This document shows positions 46,387 to 52,527 of a stretch of DNA of 52,527 bases, piece after piece. Origin of the DNA: an uncultured Geothermobacter sp. GTDB taxonomy: Bacteria > Desulfobacterota > Desulfuromonadia > Desulfuromonadales > Geothermobacteraceae. The position numbers and the translations under genes were made by a program. Each line of letters starts with the position of its first letter. The first letter of the stretch is position 1. The notes under the pieces are model-generated. The model was not told the origin of the DNA and did not search any database. It saw only the letters and a program-made list of their open reading frames with translations. The DNA lies in assembly GCA_964441925.1 (NCBI GenBank), contig CAYTVY010000002.1:1-52527 (forward strand), given 5' to 3'.

Positions 46387-47490
46387 ATGGTCATCCGAAA
46401 CCGCACCCCCAATCACGACACCGTCTCCAATGCGGCCGGCAGGGACTGGCTCTATGCCGAGGTTCTGCACAATCTCGACGTGGGCATCCTGCTCATCGAG
46501 CCGCGCCGGGAGCAGGTGGTCTTCACCAACCCGGCTCTCGGCAGGATTCTGCCCGAGCTGGGGGATTGCCCGGCCTACGATACCGTCCTCGGCTTCTTTC
46601 CGGATATCGACGACGCCAGCCGCCATGGCGCCAAGCCCGGAACCATCAACCACCGGCGGCAGGTCCTCGGCTATACCATCTATCCCGTGGCGGAACACCA
46701 TCTCTGCCTGCTTATCCGCGACATCACCAGCAAGGCGAGACTCGAATCGATCGCCCAGGCGGTCAACACCATGGACAATCTGGGCTTCATCTTTTCGGGC
46801 ATCAGGCACGAAATCGGCAACCCTCTCAACTCCATCAAGATGACCGCATCGGTGCTGCGCAAAAACCTGGAACACTTCAGCCGCGAAAACATCACCGAAT
46901 ATATCGACCGCATCTACCACGAAATCATGCGCATGGAGTACCTGCTGAAATCACTCAAGAATTTCAGCATGTTCGAAAAGGTCGACAACCGGCCGCAGCC
47001 TCTGGGGGAATTTATCGAACACTTCTCCTCGCTCATTCGCCGCGATCTCGAGGCCAAGAACATCCGCCTGATCACCCGCCTTCCCGAGGGGGAGGTCCTG
47101 GCACTGATGGATCCGCAGGCCCTGCACCACGCCCTGCTCAACATCGTGACCAACGCCGCCGACGCCGTAGCCGGCCGGCCCTCTCCCTGCATCTGCATCG
47201 AAGTCCAGGGCAACGGCGAGCTGGCCTGGCTGACGGTCGAGGACAACGGCTGCGGCATGAACGACGAACAGCTGCAGCAACTGTTTCAGCCCTTTTTCAC
47301 CAGCAAGCCGGAAGGAAACGGCCTCGGCCTGGTCATCACCCGGAAACTGCTGGCCAAGATGGACGGCAGTCTGGAGATCACCAGCCGTGAAGGCTTCGGC
47401 ACCCGGGCCGTCGTCACCCTGCCCCTTCACGACGGAAACGAAGCGACAATCCGGCACGCACACGCCATCAGGACAGCGGAACTCACATGA
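46387..47490 (+). CDS. Cytoplasmic sensor histidine kinase with a PAS-like N-terminus
   Basis: No TM segment; H-box GIRHEIGNPL; N-box NIVTNAADA; DNGCGM; FQPFFTSK; GNGLGL. Start uncertain (46348 or 46387). Confidence 0.92.
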   Translation: MVIRNRTPNHDTVSNAAGRDWLYAEVLHNLDVGILLIEPRREQVVFTNPALGRILPELGDCPAYDTVLGFFPDIDDASRHGAKPGTINHRRQVLGYTIYPVAEHHLCLLIRDITSKARLESIAQAVNTMDNLGFIFSGIRHEIGNPLNSIKMTASVLRKNLEHFSRENITEYIDRIYHEIMRMEYLLKSLKNFSMFEKVDNRPQPLGEFIEHFSSLIRRDLEAKNIRLITRLPEGEVLALMDPQALHHALLNIVTNAADAVAGRPSPCICIEVQGNGELAWLTVEDNGCGMNDEQLQQLFQPFFTSKPEGNGLGLVITRKLLAKMDGSLEITSREGFGTRAVVTLPLHDGNEATIRHAHAIRTAELT

Positions 47491-48551
47491 AACACATACT
47501 GCTGGTCGATGACGAAAAGCCTTTTCTGCTCAGCCTCAGAGACGGTCTGCTGACGGCGGGAAAGAACTACCGGCTGTTTCTGGCCGGCGACGGGCGGGAA
47601 GCCCTGCAGATACTGGGCGGTGAAAAGATCGATCTGCTGGTCACCGATCTCAAGCTTCCGGTGATGGACGGCTTTCAGCTCCTGGCCCATGTTTCCCGAA
47701 GCTATCCGACACTGCCGGTCATCGTCATGACCGCCTTCGGCACACCGGAAATCGAAGAGCACCTTTCACGCTACTCGAGCCTGCACTACCTGGAGAAACC
47801 CCTCGACATCGACCTGCTGGCCGAAACCATCGACCGGGCCCTGACGGCAACCGGCCGCAGCTACATCAAGGGCATCTCACTGGCGACCTTTCTCCAGCTC
47901 ATCCACATGGAGAAAAAAACCTGCACTCTCAAGGTCCGCAGTCGCGGACGCACCGGCTACCTCTACCTGCGCGGCGGCGAGCTGATCGACGCCGACACGA
48001 AAAACCGGACCGGCAGACAGGCGGCACTGCAGATCGTGGCCTGGGACGATGCCGAAATCGAGATGGACGATATCTGTCGCAGACAAACGAAACGGGTCGA
48101 GGCGTCACTCGAGTTCATCCTCATGGAAGCCTTCCGCCGCAAAGACGAAGCGGCCAGAGATTTGGTGGAAACCGGTGAAAAAGCCCCGGACGACTCATCC
48201 CCGGGCGGCGGCAACGAAAAGTCACGACTCGATACGTTGACCCGGGCCCTCCAGGCCCACGGAGACATCCGGGAATACGCCGTATTCGACGGGCACAACT
48301 TTCTCGAACGGCACAGCCCCGCGCCCTGCTCCATCACCCACCTCGACCCGTCCTACTACCTGAGCATCTGCGCCGAGATGAAACAGTTCTTCGCCTGCGG
48401 CGACCTGCGTTACATGCTCGTCCAGGGCAAAGACGGCAAAACCATACTTTTCGCCCACCCGCCGTACCGGGTGGCAACCAGTCTGCAGCCCGGGGCCAAG
48501 CCGGCCCGGGTCTTCTCCGAACTGACATCCATGCTGTCCCGAAAGGGCTGA
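47487..48551 (+). CDS. Response regulator: REC + DUF4388/PATAN + possible roadblock-like C-terminus
   Basis: LLVDDE, LVTDLKLPVMDG, TA, KP; GISLATFLQLIHMEKKTCTL.V...GYLYL.GGELIDA...W...EIE. Confidence 0.88.
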   Translation: MKHILLVDDEKPFLLSLRDGLLTAGKNYRLFLAGDGREALQILGGEKIDLLVTDLKLPVMDGFQLLAHVSRSYPTLPVIVMTAFGTPEIEEHLSRYSSLHYLEKPLDIDLLAETIDRALTATGRSYIKGISLATFLQLIHMEKKTCTLKVRSRGRTGYLYLRGGELIDADTKNRTGRQAALQIVAWDDAEIEMDDICRRQTKRVEASLEFILMEAFRRKDEAARDLVETGEKAPDDSSPGGGNEKSRLDTLTRALQAHGDIREYAVFDGHNFLERHSPAPCSITHLDPSYYLSICAEMKQFFACGDLRYMLVQGKDGKTILFAHPPYRVATSLQPGAKPARVFSELTSMLSRKG

Positions 48552-48572
48552 TTCCGGGCAGGAGGACACGCC

Positions 48573-49187
48573 ATGCAGCAGCTCGTCAGCGAAATCAAGG
48601 CCATACCGGGCGTCATCGGCGCCTGTTGTTACCATTCACGCCAGGGGCTGGTCGCCAACAGCCTGCCCACCCTGTTCAAACGGGACCGGCTGAGCGAAAT
48701 CGGCCGCCTGCTCGCCAAGATTCTGGCCGCCGGCCGGCTCAACTTTCCCGACCTGACCGACCTGGTCCTGCACTACGAAGAGACGGCCATCGTCTGCCGC
48801 CCCATCGACCAGAATATCTGCCTGGCGATACTCTGTGACCCGGGCATCAACATGAACCTGCTGGGCATGTCCCTCAACCTGGCGATGGAAAACGTTTCGC
48901 CGGCGGACGCCGTGGAACCACCCCCGACCACATCCCGACAGGAAGCCGCCACGGCAGAGCCACTGCCCGAGGCGGCCGGCACCATGCGCCGCCTGCTGGC
49001 CAAGGTCGTCGGCCCCATGGCCAGCATCATGTTCGACGAAGCCGTGACCGAAGTCCGTCGGGCCGGCGCCGGCAACGCCAACATTCTGAACAGCCTGCTC
49101 AGCATCATCGTCCGGGAAATCGGCGATGAGGAGATGGCGGCCCGTTACCGCGAGCTGGTCACCGCCGAACTGAAAGGGAAAAACTGA
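48573..49187 (+). CDS. Roadblock/LC7 (MglB-like) domain protein with a C-terminal helical domain
   Basis: LV.EI..IPGVIGAC...G...LAILCDPGINMNLL.M.L pattern; C-terminal LAKVVGPMASI. Confidence 0.65.
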   Translation: MQQLVSEIKAIPGVIGACCYHSRQGLVANSLPTLFKRDRLSEIGRLLAKILAAGRLNFPDLTDLVLHYEETAIVCRPIDQNICLAILCDPGINMNLLGMSLNLAMENVSPADAVEPPPTTSRQEAATAEPLPEAAGTMRRLLAKVVGPMASIMFDEAVTEVRRAGAGNANILNSLLSIIVREIGDEEMAARYRELVTAELKGKN

Positions 49188-49188
49188 G

Positions 49189-49557
49189 ATGGACGCCCGG
49201 AAGCTGTCGGCCAGCGAGCGTTTCGCCCGGCGAATCAGCCGGATCGAAGGCGTCTCCTCCTTCGTTCTGGTCCGGCGGGACGGCCGGGTCATCACCCACA
49301 ACCTGGACGACCCCGACGACCTGGCGGCCCTGACCGCCCTCTGCGGTCTGCAGGCCGAGGGCATCGCCCGGACCCTCGGCTTCCGGCAGATCGGTCTCAT
49401 GTCGCTCCGACGTGCCGAAGGCGAACATCTCCTGCTGTTCAAACTCGACCACTACTATCTCGGCATCGTTCAACGGTCCGACAGCGACAGTGACCGGCTG
49501 GCGCAGGATGTACGCGATTTTCTCGCCATCCTCAAACCCCGGAGAACCAGAAACTGA
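49189..49557 (+). CDS. Roadblock/LC7-like protein
   Basis: RISRIEGVSSFVLVRRDGRVITHN...LAALT...LLLF...YYLGIV, an alpha-beta-beta-alpha-beta-beta-beta-alpha pattern. Confidence 0.7.
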   Translation: MDARKLSASERFARRISRIEGVSSFVLVRRDGRVITHNLDDPDDLAALTALCGLQAEGIARTLGFRQIGLMSLRRAEGEHLLLFKLDHYYLGIVQRSDSDSDRLAQDVRDFLAILKPRRTRN

Positions 49558-49570
49558 AGGAGGCCCGTCG

Positions 49571-50170
49571 ATGTCCGCTCCCGGCAGAAAGATCATCCGT
49601 TTCGCAATCGCGCTCTTTCTGGTCGTGTCGTCTCTGCCGACCCAGGCTGCCGACATGAGTTCCTTCGACAGAAAGGCCCTGCGTGACGCCCGCGAATGCT
49701 CGGCGCAGATCATCGACCAGTTCGAGCTGCTGCTCACCTCGGGACAGTTGTCGATGGCCCAGCTGTTCGACACCTTCTACATCCCCATACCCAACACCGA
49801 TCCGCAGAAGTTCCACACCCAGTACGACCAGAAGCTCGACGGCATCCTGCGGCCGATCCTCGACGACTGCCTGGCCCGCAGCCAGAACTACATCTTCGTC
49901 GTGGCGGTCGACCGCAACGGCTACCTGCCGACCCACAACACCAAATACTCGCAGCCGTTGACCGGAGATCCGGATGTCGACACCAAGCGCAACCGGACCA
50001 AGCGCATCTTCAACGACCGCACCGGCCTGGCGGCGGCCCGCAACATCAAGCCCTACCTGTTTCAGCATTACAGCCGGGACACGGGCGAAACCATGACCGA
50101 TCTGTCGGTCCCCATCTTCGTGCGCGGCCGGCACTGGGGCGCCCTGCGCATCGGCTACAAGAAGAAATAA
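49571..50170 (+). CDS. Secreted stand-alone Cache-like sensor-domain protein
   Basis: Start behind AAGGAGG; signal peptide ending TQA; motifs LFDTFY.PIP..DP.K.HT.YD, D.NGYLPTHN, NRTKRIFND, RDTGE, G.HWG..RIG. Confidence 0.8.
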   Translation: MSAPGRKIIRFAIALFLVVSSLPTQAADMSSFDRKALRDARECSAQIIDQFELLLTSGQLSMAQLFDTFYIPIPNTDPQKFHTQYDQKLDGILRPILDDCLARSQNYIFVVAVDRNGYLPTHNTKYSQPLTGDPDVDTKRNRTKRIFNDRTGLAAARNIKPYLFQHYSRDTGETMTDLSVPIFVRGRHWGALRIGYKKK

Positions 50171-50221
50171 TCAGGGCCGGACACGCCGCCGGCTTCATTT
50201 CATTTCAAGGAGGTCCATGCA

Positions 50222-51112
50222 ATGTTCAATCGGGTAGGGACCAGGGTCGCCGTCATGGTCAACCTGGTCATTTTCGTGGTGATGGCCGCCGGCTCCTTCT
50301 ACGTCATCACCCAGCAGAGCCAGAGCCTCGAGGACCAGCTGCTCGAACGCGGCCGGATCGAGGCCCTGGTCGGCGCCAGAATGGTGGGCCGGGTGATCGA
50401 GGAGGCCATCGACAACGGCGTCTTCACGGTCAAGGAGGCCTTCGACACCAACTATGTGCCCATTCCCGGCTTCGACCCGCCGAAATACCACACCGTCTAC
50501 GATTCCTACATGGACAAGGCGATCCTGGCCCTGGAAGACGAATTTCTCAAGGACGAGAGCGTGGTCTTCGCCGTGGCGGTCGACATCAACGGCTACCTGC
50601 CGACCCACAACACCCGCTACCAGCAGCCGATCACCGGCGACAGGAAGAAGGACCTGGTCGGCAACCGGACCAAGCGCATCTTCAACGATCCGGTCGGCAT
50701 CAAGGCGGCGAAGAACACCAGGGAGACCCTGCTGCAGGTCTACCACCGCGACACGGGCGAGACGATGTGGGACATCTCGGCCCCCATCTACGTCAAGGGC
50801 AAGCACTGGGGCGGTTTCCGCATCGGCTTCTCGCTCAACAAGACCCGCATGGCCCAGGCGAAGCTGAAGGCGACCCTGCTGATGATCATGGCCGGCATCC
50901 TGGCCGTTTCGATCATCGCCGTCTTCGTCGTCGTCAACGGGGCCATGAAACCGCTCACCCGCTTCACCCAGATCGCCTCGGATTTGGCCGACGGCAAGGT
51001 CGACCAGAAGATCGAGGCCAGGGGGAATGACGAAATCGCCCGTCTGGCCGACGTGCTCGAACGGCTGCGCATCAGCCTGAAAATGGCGATGGACCGCCTG
51101 AAACGCAAGTAG
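50222..51112 (+). CDS. Membrane protein: TM-Cache-like domain-TM-HAMP, with no output domain
   Basis: Two TMs flank a paralogue of the preceding domain; HAMP KPL..F...A..LADG......GNDEIARLA..LER; then stop. Confidence 0.88.
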   Translation: MFNRVGTRVAVMVNLVIFVVMAAGSFYVITQQSQSLEDQLLERGRIEALVGARMVGRVIEEAIDNGVFTVKEAFDTNYVPIPGFDPPKYHTVYDSYMDKAILALEDEFLKDESVVFAVAVDINGYLPTHNTRYQQPITGDRKKDLVGNRTKRIFNDPVGIKAAKNTRETLLQVYHRDTGETMWDISAPIYVKGKHWGGFRIGFSLNKTRMAQAKLKATLLMIMAGILAVSIIAVFVVVNGAMKPLTRFTQIASDLADGKVDQKIEARGNDEIARLADVLERLRISLKMAMDRLKRK

Positions 51113-51115
51113 GCA

Positions 51116-51147
51116 AAAAGGCCCTCGCCGTACAGGCGAGGGCCTTT
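51116..51147. terminator. Bidirectional Rho-independent terminator
   Basis: AAAGGCCCTCGCC-gtaca-GGCGAGGGCCTTT between convergent genes. Confidence 0.85.
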
Positions 51148-51176
51148 CACCATTGCCGGAGCCGCCGGCGGGGCAA

Positions 51177-51488
51177 TCAGGTCGCAGCCAACCGGTAACG
51201 CTCCCTGGCCGCCGCCTCGTCCAGTACCCGCAGGGTCGGCGGCCCGCCCTCCGGCAGCTCGGGACGGGCGAAGAACAGTTCCCAGTAACGGCCGTCAGCG
51301 GGATCACGGTAGAGGATCGCCCGCCGCTCGTCGTCCTGCGCCACCGGCTGCAGATATTCACCGGTCAGCCAGAGAATCCGCTGCCAGGTCGCGTCCCTCT
51401 CCATCCGGCTGCCCAGATCGAGCCAGAGCCCGCTCAGGATCTGTTCGTGTTCCTTCAGCCGCCAGTCACGTTCGATCGCGCTGTCCAT
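51177..51488 (-). CDS. Imm27-like immunity family protein
   Basis: G.W...D...RI..L...L...LYRDP.DGRYWEL......GGPP.L......A..RY pattern; GGAGG RBS. Confidence 0.7.
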   Translation of the reverse strand: MDSAIERDWRLKEHEQILSGLWLDLGSRMERDATWQRILWLTGEYLQPVAQDDERRAILYRDPADGRYWELFFARPELPEGGPPTLRVLDEAAARERYRLAAT

Positions 51489-51565
51489 CGTCTCACCTCC
51501 ACAAGTGATCGCGGCGGACACTCCGTCACGGCAAGGCCCCGGTCCACCCCGGCCGGCAGGGCCGG

Positions 51566-52102
51566 TCAGTCGCCCGGGCGCAGACCGATATCGACGTTCA
51601 GCTCGTCGGCCACCTGCTGCAGCCCTTCTTCCAGCCGTCCGGCATCCGCACCGGCGGGCAACTGAACGTGGATGTCCATGAAATAGAGCGTGGTGCCGCT
51701 GCCGGGCGAGGGCACGACATTCGATGTCAGATCGACAATGTTGACACCATTGTCGGCGAGAAAGCGGCTCACCCGGTAGACGATACCCGCCTGATCGACC
51801 CCCTCGACATGGACGATCGCCGCCGCGCCGCCCTTCTTCACCGTCCCGGTCCGCCTGCCCAGCGGCCGGACGAAGGCGGAAATCCCCTTCTCCCGTTCGA
51901 GCCGGCGGGTTTCGCGTTCGAGTACGGCCTCGACATCCTGCTGCCGGCTGTTGAACAGCAGCATCAGGGCGAACTCGTCCGCCAGCTGGTTCATGCTGGT
52001 CTCCTCGAGATTGCAGCCGTTTTCGAACAGGATACGGGTGACATCGGCGACGATGCCGACACGGTCCCGCCCGAAGGCGGTCATGATGAAACGTTTTTCC
52101 AT
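51566..52102 (-). CDS. Tandem ACT-domain protein (GcvR-like)
   Basis: [15 protein letters not shown]...GCNL; [20 protein letters not shown]. Confidence 0.9.
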   Translation of the reverse strand: MEKRFIMTAFGRDRVGIVADVTRILFENGCNLEETSMNQLADEFALMLLFNSRQQDVEAVLERETRRLEREKGISAFVRPLGRRTGTVKKGGAAAIVHVEGVDQAGIVYRVSRFLADNGVNIVDLTSNVVPSPGSGTTLYFMDIHVQLPAGADAGRLEEGLQQVADELNVDIGLRPGD

Positions 52103-52304
52103 CTCGAATCTCCCCTCGCTGCGAAAAATCGGCCCGAATCGGCGGGCCTGCCCGAACGCCGAAAGGTCCGGGAGCTGCAGCTTATCAGCAACGCACGACG
52201 ACTTCAAGAAATCCGGCCCGCCGGCCGATACGCCTCAACATTCGCTCTCCGCCGGCCGAAAAGGTATACTGTTTCGACAACCCATTGCCAACGGAGGTCA
52301 TGAA

Positions 52305-52527
52305 ATGAAGATCGCCATATCCACCGGCGGCGGCGACTGCCCCGGCCTCAATGCCGTCATCCGCGGCGTCGTCCGTGCCGCCGTCTACCAGTACGGCTGG
52401 GAGGTCATCGGCATCCGCGACGGTCTCGACGGCCTGGTGCACGGCTGGGAGCCGGTTCCTCTCGGACTGGACCAGGTCAAGGGCATCCTGTCGCGCGGCG
52501 GCACCATCATCGGCACCACCAACAAGG
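52305..52527 (+). CDS. pfkA: 6-phosphofructokinase (5' part only)
   Basis: Hand translation [23 protein letters not shown]...GIRDG..GL...[14 protein letters not shown]; GGAGG RBS. Confidence 0.93.
   Translation, partial: MKIAISTGGGDCPGLNAVIRGVVRAAVYQYGWEVIGIRDGLDGLVHGWEPVPLGLDQVKGILSRGGTIIGTTNK

Noticed and set aside
50222-51112. HAMP protein as an MCP pseudogene
   Set aside because: Clean stop followed at once by a strong terminator and no downstream MCP remnant, so it is treated as intact.

Overview
GC-rich bacterial DNA. Gene content and order suggest a Desulfuromonadales/Geobacter-like deltaproteobacterium (inference). About 41 kb (4196-45572, + strand) is a near-complete flagellar cluster: TPR gene-flgBC-fliEFGHIJ-motE-like-fliK-flgD-TIGR02530-like-flgE; motAB-fliLMNOPQR-flhBAFG-fliA-swrB-like-flgFGAHIJ; flgMNKL; csrA-fliW; fliC-flaG-fliDS-fliT-like-two PilZ genes; a second fliK-like gene plus a stand-alone FlhB C-terminal gene. 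A divergent cheA-cheW-cheR operon runs off the left edge. On the right are a macrodomain gene, a six-gene signalling operon, an orphan Imm27-like gene, an ACT-domain gene and the start of pfkA. The six-gene operon encodes a His kinase, a REC-DUF4388/PATAN regulator, two roadblock-like proteins, and a secreted plus a membrane/HAMP-only pair of paralogous sensor domains. Sigma54 and sigma28 promoters, FleQ-like boxes and CsrA-type GGA hairpins are readable in the intergenic DNA. Most notable: the six-gene operon, which has no GTPase or DNA-binding output; a CheA with an 8-Cys insertion inside its first of two Hpt domains; a structured flgE leader next to a putative RNA-binding gene; and three copies of a MITE-like repeat, two of which bracket the flagellin block in inverted orientation. 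All family assignments come from motif recognition by eye, not from database searches.
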